Assembly (NCBI RefSeq): GCF_058153355.1
Contig: NZ_CM177019.1
Length of the DNA: 64,000 nucleotides
Reading direction: 5' to 3' (one strand)
Part shown: positions 28,291 through 39,304 of the stretch, one piece after another
Layout: each line of letters begins with the position of its first letter
How positions within the stretch are numbered: the first letter of the stretch is position 1
Position numbers and translations under genes: made by a program
Notes under the pieces: generated by a model
What the model saw: the letters and a program-made list of their open reading frames with translations, nothing else
Databases searched by the model: none
What the model was told of the DNA's origin: nothing

Positions 28291-31200
28291 TTATTCAAAC
28301 AGGGCTTCGATGTCGTTAATTAACTCGCTAGCGGTGATGTCATCGAGTGCGGAGAACTGCGCTTCCTGTGTTGAATTAATCCCCCAGCCATAGCTTTCTG
28401 CTTTGCCTTCCCATAGCCACAGCTTGCTTAAGAGTTGCTCGGCACTGAGTTCGGCTGGCGACATACCAACTGCAAATCCTTCATCGATTTCCATGATTAA
28501 TGACCAGCGGCCCAGAGGTTTGATCATCCAGCCGATCCAGCCACCGTCCTGCGGTTCACCACGCATCCAGCCTTTATTCGCCAGCCCCATTACCCGACCG
28601 CTCGGGCATTTTCTGCCTGCCCAGCGGGTCAATTCGCTGGCATTGCGCTCGGTTTCTGTCAGGGCGTAACTGTTACGGTCGAGCTGGCGGAACGGCGGTA
28701 GCAGTTCGTAGTCGGCAAAAAGCTGACCAAAGGCGGCAGCATCCGTGGGTGATATTTCCAGAACGTGAGGAATGCCAACAGAGATATCGCCTTCCGGCAG
28801 GGTGAAAAGATCATCGTCAGCGGTGCTGTAGCTGTTATCTTCCGCCACACGGAAGCACGCCAGTAACTGGTTGTCTGCGCTATAAATGCCCCAAATCAGA
28901 CGGCGGGTTAAGTGGCAGACCAGCGGATGCTCAACCAGAAAGAGCTGAAAGTTTTCTGGCGACCAGCGGCGGCGCAGGCACATGGCGGATTCCAGCCTTG
29001 CCACCTGCTGGGCGGCAACGGTACGCGCATCTTTTTTCAGCAGTTTGTAGCGGTTAACTGCATCGTTCGCTTGAGTTTCATCATCGCTTTTGTTCGGTTT
29101 AGGCAAGTCTTTCAGGCGGCTGCCGGAAGCATCACGCACAAACGGTTTTAAGGTTTCATCAAAGCTGACGGTGAACTGCCGTGGCCCGAAATCCAGCAGC
29201 AGCGAACCGTTATCATCCAGACCGAGATCCGGTGCTAACCGGTCTTCAAGCTCCGCCACCGTGAGTTCGCGGCTCTCGGCAATGTCGGCAATTTTTTCTT
29301 TTGCCCGCTCCTGTAATGCTTTGAATTTCAGTTTCTGGGCGATGCCGTTAAGCTGCATCAGGGCGATATCACTACCGATAGCAGCGAGAATATCCAGCCC
29401 GACGGTGGCGCGTTTATGCTGGGATTCACCAGGCCAGGCGCGAATCAAAGGCGTCAGTTTGCGGGCGGTATCATCGTTGCCGAGAACACCTAACGCAGTG
29501 AACGCCCAGCTTTCTTTCGACGGTGCGCCAGCGGTCTGCCAGGCGGTAAACAGATCCCAGGCAAATTCAGCCAGTGAGTCGGCGGTACAGGCATCTTTCA
29601 CCTGCAATAACCCCGCATACAGAGCCTCTTCCTGAGGGAAGCGGAGCATTTCACCGAGGTGGAGGAGGGCGTTATCTGGCAGTGATTGGGCGTTTGCTTT
29701 TAATACCGGGCGTGTCCAGAGCGATGGCTGATAAAAGGCCGGAAGTGTCGGGATTTTAGTCGGGTGATTATCTAAGGGATCGAGCGCAAGTAGAGCGTTC
29801 ACCGCATCGGTTACTTCCGGCTGGTTATAACGCTGGGCGATTTCTTGCAGTAATGACGGATAACCACTTTCAATCAACATACGTAAGGCGGCGCGGGCGT
29901 TATCCTGGGCTTCACCAGCTTTGCCGAGTGCCGCAGGCAACAGGCCGATAATGGCATGTTCCGGATATTTCAGCAGCCAGGTGCGGGCGTCTTGTCGTAG
30001 AGTTTTGAGTTTGTTAAAGGCGCGGGCGACGGCAGGAGCCAGTTCCGTTGCGGCAAAATAATTAGCAACCGCAAAACCTTCTTGAGGGTAGCGTGAAAAC
30101 GAGTGTAGAAAACCACTCATACCTGCCAGTCGCAAATAAAGCATGACAGGTTTTACCGCGGTATGCGGCTCTTTGCTGAGAAACTCCCATAGTTTAATCG
30201 CTGTTTGCATAGGTAAAAAGGGAAGTGAGTTGAGATGCCACTCCCCCTGATACGGTGCATGGTGGGCTTTAAACATTTGGATGAGTGTAGCGAAGTCCTC
30301 ACGTTCCCATGCGTCAATTGCCGAGTCAGAAGCGCCGATATATTTATATGTGTCAAAATCCCAGCGGCGATACCCCAGCGAGTAAAGGAAATCTTTAGCA
30401 CCTTCACCTGGCTTATGCGATTCCCAGTCCCAATGAGTTTGAAACTCTTTTGCTTCTGTGTCGGTTATTGTGCATATGGATTTGAGTTTGAGCGGTGCTA
30501 AATCCAACACCGGAATCGTCGATTTTTTCTTTTTCGAAAGCCAGGGAGGTAAGACTAATACGGCTGGCAGTAGAGCGGCGCAGGCATGGTTTGACGGTTG
30601 TATCAGTTGTTGCTGGCATGATTTCAGCACTTCAACTGCGGCTGTCGAGAGCCAGGGAGTGACCTGTTCTGCCAGTGCCGGTTGCGAGATAAGCATCGTC
30701 ATTAGCATAATGCGCCAAGTATTCTCTTCTTTTTGCGCAAGAAGTTCCGCCAGTGCCGCCAGTGCTGCGTGTGGGAACGCAGCGCAAGCTTTCGTCATCC
30801 GATCGTGACAGCGTTTAGTTTGCCCGGCTACACGTATGAGCAGTGTTAATGCGAACGGATGATTGATATGACGCAATACATCTGCGCAGTAGTCACTTGC
30901 GGCATAGGGAGCAAATCTGGGCAGGGCTGCAACACCTTGCTCCTGTAATACGGTGGCTGACAATATCGCACCACAATAGTAATCATCAAAAATGGCATAT
31001 GGCTCGTGATATTTTTCTAATGAGGCAAGAATGTGCTCATCAGTCGCCACTATTTTTAGCCACTCAAGCGAGGGTAATTTTTTTTTCCCCAGTAGACGCT
31101 GGGCAATTTCATGTGCAATTTCTGGTTTTTCGGGTAATAACAAAGCAATTAATGGTTGCCGCCATTCTGGAATATGTGGAATTGCGGCAATAAGTTTTTG

Positions 31201-32079
31201 TGCACATTTTTGCCAGAGAGACTCTTCCGCCAGTGATAAATGTTTCCGTAGGCGTAATTCAAAACTGGAATATTGCTGCAGGTTATCAGGTGCAATACCA
31301 GACGGCAGAATAATAATGGTATTATTCGCATAATCCCATTCAATATCAATCTGTTGAAGATGTATTACTACATCAGTAGCATATTCCAGGCCACCTTCCT
31401 GAACGAGCTGATCCATAACATCCTCACGCTCTTTATATCTCGTGCACTTCAGTTCAAGTGCCGTGAGTACAGCCATTACTGGTGATGGTAACTGTGTTGT
31501 TTTCAGGCAGTCGATCTGACTGAGCGCCTGGGAGATGGCGTTTTGCCATTCTAAAGAACAGGCGCTGAAGTCAAATGTGGCTGTTTTATTATCCCGTTGC
31601 AACACGCTACAGGCTAAGCGGCGTAACTGGGTCAATTCGTCTGCTTGCTGAACAGGAACTCCGGGAAAGCGGCGATGGCTTAACGTGGTGTGTACAACTT
31701 CGGGCGGAAAAACGACAGCAATATCTTTCGCCAGCCACGGTAAAACATCATCTGTATTTTTGTCAGCCACACGGGCTTCTGCTACGCAAAAGGGTTGTTC
31801 CTGAATAATGGTGGATAAGGCCGCTACCTTGAGAGAATCCGTTACCGTTTGGGAAGGTTGCAAAGAATTATCCTTCGCTTGCCCCACATACCCCTTCTTC
31901 ACCTTCTCCGCAATCAGCCTCAGTTCCGCTTTTTCCGCCGCCGCAGCATCAGCAAAGCTTTTTACCTGGCTTTGCCCGTTGGTACTGACTTTGCCCCAAC
32001 TAATATGCAGCTCGTTTCCCTGTTGCTCCACTGCCCAGAATTTATGTGATTTTTCGTCCTGATAAATATAGGTTTTCAT
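28291..32079 (-). CDS. MolR/YehH-family protein: N-terminal WGR-like domain plus DUF4132-type body (paralog A)
   Basis: 1262-aa ORF starting MKTYIYQDEKSHKFWAVEQQGNELHISWGKV…; ends …SVLDDITASELINDIEALFE. Its ribosome-binding site (AAGGAA) overlaps the stop of paralog B. Confidence 0.8.
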   Translation of the reverse strand: MKTYIYQDEKSHKFWAVEQQGNELHISWGKVSTNGQSQVKSFADAAAAEKAELRLIAEKVKKGYVGQAKDNSLQPSQTVTDSLKVAALSTIIQEQPFCVAEARVADKNTDDVLPWLAKDIAVVFPPEVVHTTLSHRRFPGVPVQQADELTQLRRLACSVLQRDNKTATFDFSACSLEWQNAISQALSQIDCLKTTQLPSPVMAVLTALELKCTRYKEREDVMDQLVQEGGLEYATDVVIHLQQIDIEWDYANNTIIILPSGIAPDNLQQYSSFELRLRKHLSLAEESLWQKCAQKLIAAIPHIPEWRQPLIALLLPEKPEIAHEIAQRLLGKKKLPSLEWLKIVATDEHILASLEKYHEPYAIFDDYYCGAILSATVLQEQGVAALPRFAPYAASDYCADVLRHINHPFALTLLIRVAGQTKRCHDRMTKACAAFPHAALAALAELLAQKEENTWRIMLMTMLISQPALAEQVTPWLSTAAVEVLKSCQQQLIQPSNHACAALLPAVLVLPPWLSKKKKSTIPVLDLAPLKLKSICTITDTEAKEFQTHWDWESHKPGEGAKDFLYSLGYRRWDFDTYKYIGASDSAIDAWEREDFATLIQMFKAHHAPYQGEWHLNSLPFLPMQTAIKLWEFLSKEPHTAVKPVMLYLRLAGMSGFLHSFSRYPQEGFAVANYFAATELAPAVARAFNKLKTLRQDARTWLLKYPEHAIIGLLPAALGKAGEAQDNARAALRMLIESGYPSLLQEIAQRYNQPEVTDAVNALLALDPLDNHPTKIPTLPAFYQPSLWTRPVLKANAQSLPDNALLHLGEMLRFPQEEALYAGLLQVKDACTADSLAEFAWDLFTAWQTAGAPSKESWAFTALGVLGNDDTARKLTPLIRAWPGESQHKRATVGLDILAAIGSDIALMQLNGIAQKLKFKALQERAKEKIADIAESRELTVAELEDRLAPDLGLDDNGSLLLDFGPRQFTVSFDETLKPFVRDASGSRLKDLPKPNKSDDETQANDAVNRYKLLKKDARTVAAQQVARLESAMCLRRRWSPENFQLFLVEHPLVCHLTRRLIWGIYSADNQLLACFRVAEDNSYSTADDDLFTLPEGDISVGIPHVLEISPTDAAAFGQLFADYELLPPFRQLDRNSYALTETERNASELTRWAGRKCPSGRVMGLANKGWMRGEPQDGGWIGWMIKPLGRWSLIMEIDEGFAVGMSPAELSAEQLLSKLWLWEGKAESYGWGINSTQEAQFSALDDITASELINDIEALFE

Positions 32080-32091
32080 TGCTAATTCCTT

Positions 32092-35000
32092 TTAATTAAA
32101 CAGTGATTCAATGTCGTTAATCAGCTCGCTGGCGGTGATGTCGTCGAGTACGGAGAAAGTGGGTGAGGATTGCTTACCATAGCGATCATAAGGGGCGATG
32201 ATTTTTACGCTTTCGACAGGCAGCAGGTCGCTATACCCCGTTTCGCCATAAATTAATGAAAAAGGTTCTGTTTCAAGTTCGAGAGCGCCATAAGGGGTAG
32301 ATTTGCGCATCGCATAGACGCTGCCGCTTTCTTCCAGACGTTGCCAGCCTCTGCGTTCCAGCCCGACAATGCGTCCGGCCTGGCAGAGACGTCCGTTCCA
32401 GCGTGACAATTCATGGACATTACGTTCGTTATCAGCAAGGTGGTAACTACCACGTTCGAGCTGTTGGAAGGGGGGAAGCAGTTCGTAATCAGCGTAAATT
32501 TGCCTGAATGCAGCGACAGATTCAGGGGGGATTTCCAGCATATGCGGAATACCGATGTTTCCTGCTGGTAGCGTGAATAGCTCATCCTGCATATCGCTGT
32601 AAGTGCTGTCTTCTGCGACCCGGAAGCAGGCAATCAGCGTGTTTTCCTCAGTATATACTCCCCATAACAGCCGTCGGGTTAAGTGACGTACCAGCGGATG
32701 CTCCACCAGAAACAGGCGGAACTGTTCTGCCGTCCAGCGTCTGCGCTGGCACATAGCCTGCTCCAGACGATCAATCTGCTGACTGGCAATGGCGCGCACA
32801 TCTTTCTTCAATTGTTTGAAGAGGTTAACGGCGTCAGTTGCCAGTGTTTTATCATCGCTCTGATTTGGTTTGGGTAAATCTTTCAGGACTTTGCCGTTTG
32901 CATCGCGCACTACAGGTTTTAAGGTTTCGTCAAAACCAACGGTGAATTGACGTGGGCCGAAATCCAGTATCAGCGAGCCACTGCTATCAAGCCCTAAATC
33001 TGGAGCCAGGCGGTCTTCCAGTTCAGCCATTGTCAGTCCGCGATTTTCGGCGACCATATTGATTTTGTCGCGGGCGTGTTCCTGCAATGCTTTGAATTTA
33101 ATTTTTTGTGCAATGCCATTAAGCAGCATCAGCGCAATATCGCTACCGATACTGGCTAACACATCCAGCCCAGAAACCGCACGTTTATGCTGGGATTCAC
33201 CCGGCCAGACCCGGATAAGCGGGGTTAGTTTACGCGCGGTGTCGTCATTGCCTAAAATCCCCAGCGAGGTAAATGCCCAGTTTTCTTTTGCGGGCGCGCC
33301 AGATTCCATCCATGCCGTGTAGAGATCCCAGCCAAAGTCAGCCAGTGATTCCCGGGTGAAGGTCTCTTTGATGATCGCCAGCCCAGCGTAGGAGGTAATG
33401 TCGCGTGGAAAGCTCAATATTGTGCCCAGGTGGCGCATAGCGTCATCGGGCAGAGGCAGGTTGTTACTTTTAAGCCGTGGTCTGCGCCATAAGGTGAACT
33501 GATAAAAGCCGGGCAGTGGGGCGATTTTTGCAGGATATTCTTCCAGTGGATCGCTATCGAACAATGTTGCCAGCGCAGCTAAAACATCAGGTTGATTATA
33601 TCCCCGGGCGATTTCCTCAATCGTTTCTCGCTGGTTTAAATTCACCAGCAGGCGAAGCGCCTGGCGGGCACAATCACGATCTTTTCCTTTTTTGCCCAGG
33701 GCCACAGGAAGTAGCCCGGCGGCGGCATGGTGTGGGAAGTTAGCCAGCCATTTTCGGGCATCTTCATAAGACATTTTTTTCTGTAATCGCTGCGCCATCG
33801 GTAATGCTAATTCGCTGACGCCCAGGAAAAGGGTGAATATCCACAACTGTTGTGGCTTACGTTGCAGACATTTCATAAACGCAGGAATGGCCGCATCACC
33901 AAAAATCGCCAGAATTTCTCTCTCGCCGGAGAATTGCTCTTCATTAATTATTTGATTGAGAAAAGAAATAGCATGCTGAGTGGGTAGGAAGCAGAGCGCG
34001 TACAACTGCCAGTGTCTGCTTCCTTTATTATGGTATTGCGCAAACTCTGCTTTCAGCGCGGGGAAATCGAAACGTAACAGGGCCTCAACTGCGCTTTGTG
34101 GCATTATTTTTTTTTCGTATTGTTCTTCTCCGGTTCTGCTCCATTCCTTAAACCCCAGTCGCCAAAGGATTTGCTGTTCTGGCGTTAAAGGGATGAAAGA
34201 CGTTTCCCAGCTTTCCTTTTCAATTAGTGGCAGATCGGTAAATAAGGTTTGCTGTGATGCCTGATATTTCGCGATTTCACTGAATCTGGATATGTCAGTG
34301 TGACTGATTAACTCTGTAATTCCAGGTGTGATGTCAGTGACGGAAGGGATGGGAAGTACCGGTAAATCAAATACGGGTATTACATTCTTTTTCTTATTTA
34401 TTGCCCACGGTGGAGCGACAAGCAGTTCTGGCAACATATTCGCAGTGGCATACTCACATTCTTTAGCTACTGACTGAGGACGACATTCAGATAAGATGCC
34501 TGCCGCTTTAGCATTAACCCAGGGAATGACGTCGCGTACTAACTCTGGCGTGACGGTAACCAGTTTGACAAGCGCGTTGCGCCACTGTGCATCTTCATGT
34601 ATTGCCAGCAAAGTAGCATAAGCGGCAATAGCCGCAGCGGGATGTTTTTGGCAGGCTTTGCTTAAGTATTCCAGGTGCTTTTTCTTGCCATTTACACCGA
34701 GGATCAGAATTTGAATCGCATCCGGGTGATTCGTTTTCCATAGCCATTTGACAAGATCTTCAGTCTCGCTGATGCGCTCGAAGAGATAAGTGGGATTGTC
34801 AGAATGCTCTTCCGTAAACTCAGTAAGTATCCGGCTTACACCGCGCCCCCCATTATTTGCCAGCAACATTGCCAGATAAGCGCGAAAATCACGATACAAC
34901 GGTGGGAAGTCGTATTTTTCTGCTGTAGTCAGAGCTATATCATCGGTTACTACCACTCTTAACCAGGTTATCGCCGGAACGTTTTGGTCTGCATAGCGTA

Positions 35001-35889
35001 GAGCCATAGCATTGGCAATATCCGGGCGTTCAGGGAGCAGTAACGCGGCAAAAGGTTGCCGTGCTGGGGATAGCGTCGGAATAGCAGTAAGCACTTTATC
35101 CACACAGCGTTGCCACTCATCTTCTGAAGCGAGTGAAAGATGATGACATAGACGTTGATGCCAACTCGGTAGCGATTCTGCTTCGTGATTAGGTGGAATG
35201 ATGGTGGTTACTGCGCCTTTTACTGGTTTATATTTGAGTTGAAGAGCGAGAAGGGCGATTTCAACGGCACTTTCCAGACCACAGCGAATGACTAAGTCAT
35301 CGACCAGTTCATCTTGAGAGTAAGAGTTCCAAAAGCCCCAGAGCAATGCCGCATCAGATTGCGCACTCCCTGTCTGTTTATTACCCAGAATTCGCATTTG
35401 TACCTCAGCAAAAGCCTGCTGCCAGTTTTCTGGATAAGAACGGTAATTGTTGTCGGGGTCATATGCCCTGGTGTTATTCGCGATGCGCTTCCATATTTGA
35501 CCATCTTTGTGCAGATAATTGATATCTCTGGGGCGAGAGCGATGTGGAAAAGCAAATCGGTTAATATCGTCGGTTAGCGGAATGACTGCATCATCAGCCA
35601 GCCATGGGCGTTTGTTTTTACTCTCGGGTGAAGTTTTAACGTCAGGAGTGACTTTGGTGACGGGGGATATATGCACGTTTGCCGAAGCGTCTTCCACATA
35701 GCCTTTTTTCGTTTTCTCTGCGATAAGCTTCAGTTCCGCTTTTTCCGCTGCTGCAGCATCAGCAAAATTTTTTACCTGGCTTTGCCCTTGGGTACCAACT
35801 TTTCCCCAACTGATATGCAAATCGTTACCTTGCTGCTCCACCGCCCAGAATTTATGCGATTTTTCGTCCTGAAAGATAAAGTGTCTCAT
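32092..35889 (-). CDS. MolR/YehH-family protein: N-terminal WGR-like domain plus DUF4132-type body (paralog B)
   Basis: 1265-aa ORF starting MRHFIFQDEKSHKFWAVEQQGNDLHISWGKV…; same architecture as paralog A, with a diverged middle and near-identical termini. Confidence 0.8.
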   Translation of the reverse strand: MRHFIFQDEKSHKFWAVEQQGNDLHISWGKVGTQGQSQVKNFADAAAAEKAELKLIAEKTKKGYVEDASANVHISPVTKVTPDVKTSPESKNKRPWLADDAVIPLTDDINRFAFPHRSRPRDINYLHKDGQIWKRIANNTRAYDPDNNYRSYPENWQQAFAEVQMRILGNKQTGSAQSDAALLWGFWNSYSQDELVDDLVIRCGLESAVEIALLALQLKYKPVKGAVTTIIPPNHEAESLPSWHQRLCHHLSLASEDEWQRCVDKVLTAIPTLSPARQPFAALLLPERPDIANAMALRYADQNVPAITWLRVVVTDDIALTTAEKYDFPPLYRDFRAYLAMLLANNGGRGVSRILTEFTEEHSDNPTYLFERISETEDLVKWLWKTNHPDAIQILILGVNGKKKHLEYLSKACQKHPAAAIAAYATLLAIHEDAQWRNALVKLVTVTPELVRDVIPWVNAKAAGILSECRPQSVAKECEYATANMLPELLVAPPWAINKKKNVIPVFDLPVLPIPSVTDITPGITELISHTDISRFSEIAKYQASQQTLFTDLPLIEKESWETSFIPLTPEQQILWRLGFKEWSRTGEEQYEKKIMPQSAVEALLRFDFPALKAEFAQYHNKGSRHWQLYALCFLPTQHAISFLNQIINEEQFSGEREILAIFGDAAIPAFMKCLQRKPQQLWIFTLFLGVSELALPMAQRLQKKMSYEDARKWLANFPHHAAAGLLPVALGKKGKDRDCARQALRLLVNLNQRETIEEIARGYNQPDVLAALATLFDSDPLEEYPAKIAPLPGFYQFTLWRRPRLKSNNLPLPDDAMRHLGTILSFPRDITSYAGLAIIKETFTRESLADFGWDLYTAWMESGAPAKENWAFTSLGILGNDDTARKLTPLIRVWPGESQHKRAVSGLDVLASIGSDIALMLLNGIAQKIKFKALQEHARDKINMVAENRGLTMAELEDRLAPDLGLDSSGSLILDFGPRQFTVGFDETLKPVVRDANGKVLKDLPKPNQSDDKTLATDAVNLFKQLKKDVRAIASQQIDRLEQAMCQRRRWTAEQFRLFLVEHPLVRHLTRRLLWGVYTEENTLIACFRVAEDSTYSDMQDELFTLPAGNIGIPHMLEIPPESVAAFRQIYADYELLPPFQQLERGSYHLADNERNVHELSRWNGRLCQAGRIVGLERRGWQRLEESGSVYAMRKSTPYGALELETEPFSLIYGETGYSDLLPVESVKIIAPYDRYGKQSSPTFSVLDDITASELINDIESLFN

Positions 35890-35996
35890 TCTGCATCCCT
35901 GTAATTTTATCCAGTTGAATGCAGATGCTACCAGTATTTATGCGGGTTAGAGAGAGACAAAATCGCAAGAAAACAACTTTAGGAATTTATAAAGAA

Positions 35997-36020
35997 AAGG
36001 CGCTGTCGATACAGCGCCTT
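35997..36020 (-). terminator. Rho-independent terminator downstream of metG
   Basis: aaggcgctg-tcgata-cagcgcctt hairpin followed on the minus strand by TTCTTTATAAATT. Confidence 0.55.
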
Positions 36021-36029
36021 GAAAGGAGA

Positions 36030-38063
36030 TTATTTCACCTGATGACCCGGTTTAGCACCGGCATCCGGGCTTAGCAGGAAAATATCTTTCCCGCCAGGAC
36101 CGGCAGCCATCACCATGCCTTCAGAGATACCGAAGCGCATTTTACGTGGTGCCAGGTTAGCCACCATAATGGTGTGACGACCAATCAGTGCCTGCGGATC
36201 CGGGTAGGCAGAACGAATGCCGGAGAAGACATTGCGTTTTTCACCGCCGAGATCCAGCGTCAGGCGCAGCAGTTTGTCAGAACCTTCAACAAACTCTGCG
36301 TTTTCGATCAACGCCACGCGCAGGTCAACTTTGGCGAAGTCGTCAAAGGTGATGGTTTCCTGAATCGGATCATCTGCCAGCGGGCCAGTAACTGGTGCGG
36401 CAGTGGCTTTCACTTCTTCTTTAGATGCTTCCACCAGTGCTTCAACCTGCTTCATGTCAATACGGTTATACAGTGCTTTGAACGGATTCACTTTATGGCC
36501 CAGCAGCGGTTGCTGGATACCATCCCAGGTCAGTTCCGTATTCAGGAATGCTTCCGCTCGTTCAGTCAGTTTCGGCAGTACCGGTTTCAGGTAGGTCATC
36601 AGCACGCGGAACAGGTTAATGCCCATCGAGCAAATCGCCTGCAGATCGGCATCGCGACCTTCCTGCTTCGCCACCACCCACGGAGCCTGTTCATCGACAT
36701 AGCGGTTAGCCAGATCAGCCAGCGCCATAATTTCGCGCACTGCTTTACCAAATTCGCGGCTTTCCCATGCTTCACCAATCACTTCAGCGGCATCCGTGAA
36801 GGTTTTGTACAACTGCGGGTCAGCCAGTTCGCTTGCCAACACGCCGTCAAAACGCTTGTTGATAAAGCCCGCGTTACGGGATGCCAGGTTTACAACCTTA
36901 TTAACGATATCGGCATTCACGCGCTGGACGAAATCCTCGAGATTGAGATCGATATCATCAATGCGCGAAGAGAGTTTCGCAGTGTAGTAGTAACGCAGGC
37001 TGTCAGCGTCAAAATGATTCAGCCAGGTGCTGGCTTTAATAAAGGTGCCGCGAGACTTGGACATCTTCGCGCCGTTCACCGTTACATAGCCGTGAACAAA
37101 CAGGTTGGTCGGCTTGCGGAAGTTGCTACCTTCCAACATGGCAGGCCAGAACAGGCTGTGGAAGTAAACAATATCTTTACCGATGAAGTGGTACAGCTCG
37201 GCGGTGGAGTCTTTCTTCCAGTATTCATCGAAGCTTACGCTGTCGCCGCGCTTGTCACACAGATTCTTGAAAGAACCCATGTAGCCAATCGGTGCGTCCA
37301 GCCAGACGTAGAAATATTTGCCCGGCGCGTTCGGAATTTCAAAACCGAAGTACGGTGCATCGCGGGAGATATCCCATTGTTGCAGGCCAGATTCAAACCA
37401 CTCCTGCATTTTGTTTGCCACCTGCTCCTGCAACGCACCGCTGCGGGTCCATGCCTGCAGCATTTCGCTGAAAGAGGGCAGATCAAAGAAGAAGTGTTCA
37501 GAATCACGCATTACCGGGGTAGCGCCAGAAACCACCGATTTCGGCTCGATCAATTCAGTCGGGCTATATGTTGCGCCGCAGACTTCACAGTTATCGCCGT
37601 ATTGATCCGGTGATTTACATTTCGGGCAGGTGCCTTTCACAAAACGGTCCGGCAGGAACATGCCTTTTTCCGGATCGTACAGTTGAGAGATGGTGCGGTT
37701 TTTAATAAAACCGTTTTCCTTCAGGCGAGTATAGATAAGTTCTGACAACTGGCGGTTCTCTTCGCTGTGCGTCGAGTGATAGTTGTCATAGCTGATGTTA
37801 AAGCCTGCAAAATCAGTCTGATGTTCCTGACTCATTTCGCCAATCATCTGCTCCGGAGTGATACCAAGCTGCTGAGCTTTCAGCATGATCGGTGTACCGT
37901 GGGCATCGTCGGCGCAGATGAAGTTGACCTCGTGGCCGCGCATTCGCTGGTAACGGACCCAGACATCAGCCTGGATGTGCTCCAGCATATGGCCGAGGTG
38001 GATTGAGCCGTTAGCGTACGGCAGTGCGCACGTCACCAGAATTTTCTTCGCGACTTGAGTCAT
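36030..38063 (-). CDS. metG: Methionyl-tRNA synthetase
   Basis: Class I aaRS HIGH motif (…NGSIHLGHM…), KMSKS motif, zinc-binding CPKC…CEVC knuckle; start at [10 protein letters not shown]…. Confidence 0.95.
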   Translation of the reverse strand: MTQVAKKILVTCALPYANGSIHLGHMLEHIQADVWVRYQRMRGHEVNFICADDAHGTPIMLKAQQLGITPEQMIGEMSQEHQTDFAGFNISYDNYHSTHSEENRQLSELIYTRLKENGFIKNRTISQLYDPEKGMFLPDRFVKGTCPKCKSPDQYGDNCEVCGATYSPTELIEPKSVVSGATPVMRDSEHFFFDLPSFSEMLQAWTRSGALQEQVANKMQEWFESGLQQWDISRDAPYFGFEIPNAPGKYFYVWLDAPIGYMGSFKNLCDKRGDSVSFDEYWKKDSTAELYHFIGKDIVYFHSLFWPAMLEGSNFRKPTNLFVHGYVTVNGAKMSKSRGTFIKASTWLNHFDADSLRYYYTAKLSSRIDDIDLNLEDFVQRVNADIVNKVVNLASRNAGFINKRFDGVLASELADPQLYKTFTDAAEVIGEAWESREFGKAVREIMALADLANRYVDEQAPWVVAKQEGRDADLQAICSMGINLFRVLMTYLKPVLPKLTERAEAFLNTELTWDGIQQPLLGHKVNPFKALYNRIDMKQVEALVEASKEEVKATAAPVTGPLADDPIQETITFDDFAKVDLRVALIENAEFVEGSDKLLRLTLDLGGEKRNVFSGIRSAYPDPQALIGRHTIMVANLAPRKMRFGISEGMVMAAGPGGKDIFLLSPDAGAKPGHQVK

Positions 38064-38194
38064 AGTAGGCATTACTTCTTAATAGTGAAAAGGGGTTAGA
38101 TAGTACCAAATGGGAAAATGTTAAGTAAGTACTTCTCTATATTCTTCAGGTAAACTATCAGCTGATGGTTTATCTATACAAAAAAGGAGTCGGG

Positions 38195-39304
38195 ATGAAC
38201 GAACAATCCCAGGCCAAATCACCAGAAGCCTTGCGCGCAATGGTCGCCGGGACACTGGCCAATTTTCAGCACCCAACCCTGAAGCATAACCTCACCACGC
38301 TGAAAGCGTTGCACCATGTCGCCTGGATGGACGACACGTTGCATGTGGAACTGGTTATGCCGTTTGTCTGGCATAGCGCGTTCGAAGAGTTAAAAGAGCA
38401 ATGTAGCGCCGAACTGCTGCGCATCACCGGGGCGAAAGCTATCGACTGGAAACTGTCGCACAATATCGCCACCTTAAAACGCGTGAAGAATCAGCCGGGA
38501 ATTAACGGCGTGAAGAACATCATTGCGGTCAGCTCCGGTAAAGGCGGCGTGGGTAAATCCTCCACGGCGGTAAATCTGGCGCTGGCACTGGCGGCGGAAG
38601 GGGCGAAAGTCGGCATTCTGGACGCCGATATCTACGGCCCATCAATACCCACCATGCTGGGCGCAGAAAATCAGCGTCCAACTTCGCCGGACGGTACCCA
38701 TATGGCACCGATTATGTCTCATGGACTGGCAACCAATTCAATTGGTTATCTGGTCACTGACGACAATGCGATGGTGTGGCGTGGTCCGATGGCGAGCAAG
38801 GCGTTAATGCAGATGTTGCAGGAAACCTTGTGGCCGGATCTCGACTATCTGGTGCTTGATATGCCGCCAGGCACCGGTGACATTCAATTGACACTGGCAC
38901 AAAATATTCCAGTAACTGGCGCGGTAGTGGTCACCACCCCGCAGGACATTGCGTTGATCGATGCGAAAAAAGGCATTGTGATGTTCGAGAAAGTCGAGGT
39001 TCCGGTGCTCGGTATTGTCGAGAACATGAGTGTGCATATTTGCAGTAACTGTGGTCACCATGAACCGATTTTCGGTACCGGTGGTGCAGAGAAACTGGCC
39101 GAGAAATACCACACGCAGTTGCTGGGGCAGATGCCGTTACACATTTCCTTACGTGAAGATCTCGATAAAGGCACGCCAACAGTTATCAGCCGTCCGGAGA
39201 GCGAATTTACTGCTATCTACCGCCAGCTGGCTGACCGCGTTGCAGCCCAGCTTTATTGGCAGGGAGAAGTCATTCCTGGCGAGATTTCCTTCCGCGCGGT
39301 CTGA
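38195..39304 (+). CDS. apbC: Mrp/ApbC-family P-loop ATPase (iron-sulfur cluster carrier)
   Basis: Deviant Walker A (SGKGGVGKSS) and CxxC (CSNCGH); start at MNEQSQAK… with AGGAG upstream. Confidence 0.9.
   Translation: MNEQSQAKSPEALRAMVAGTLANFQHPTLKHNLTTLKALHHVAWMDDTLHVELVMPFVWHSAFEELKEQCSAELLRITGAKAIDWKLSHNIATLKRVKNQPGINGVKNIIAVSSGKGGVGKSSTAVNLALALAAEGAKVGILDADIYGPSIPTMLGAENQRPTSPDGTHMAPIMSHGLATNSIGYLVTDDNAMVWRGPMASKALMQMLQETLWPDLDYLVLDMPPGTGDIQLTLAQNIPVTGAVVVTTPQDIALIDAKKGIVMFEKVEVPVLGIVENMSVHICSNCGHHEPIFGTGGAEKLAEKYHTQLLGQMPLHISLREDLDKGTPTVISRPESEFTAIYRQLADRVAAQLYWQGEVIPGEISFRAV

Noticed and set aside
31849-32062. Short plus-strand ORFs opposite the 5' ends of the MolR-like genes (a similar one at 35671..35904)
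   Set aside because: They recur only because the underlying WGR-like coding sequence is conserved between the paralogs; they are mirror images of real coding sequence, not independent genes.
28291-35889. Possibility that the two MolR-like ORFs are a recent tandem duplication or assembly artefact
   Set aside because: Their central regions are strongly diverged at both protein and DNA level, so they are old paralogs; only the termini are near-identical.
36174-37613. 479-aa plus-strand ORF in the six-frame track
   Set aside because: Lies entirely antisense to metG, whose identity is unambiguous; long antisense frames are expected opposite GC-rich, codon-biased genes. No RBS or start context.
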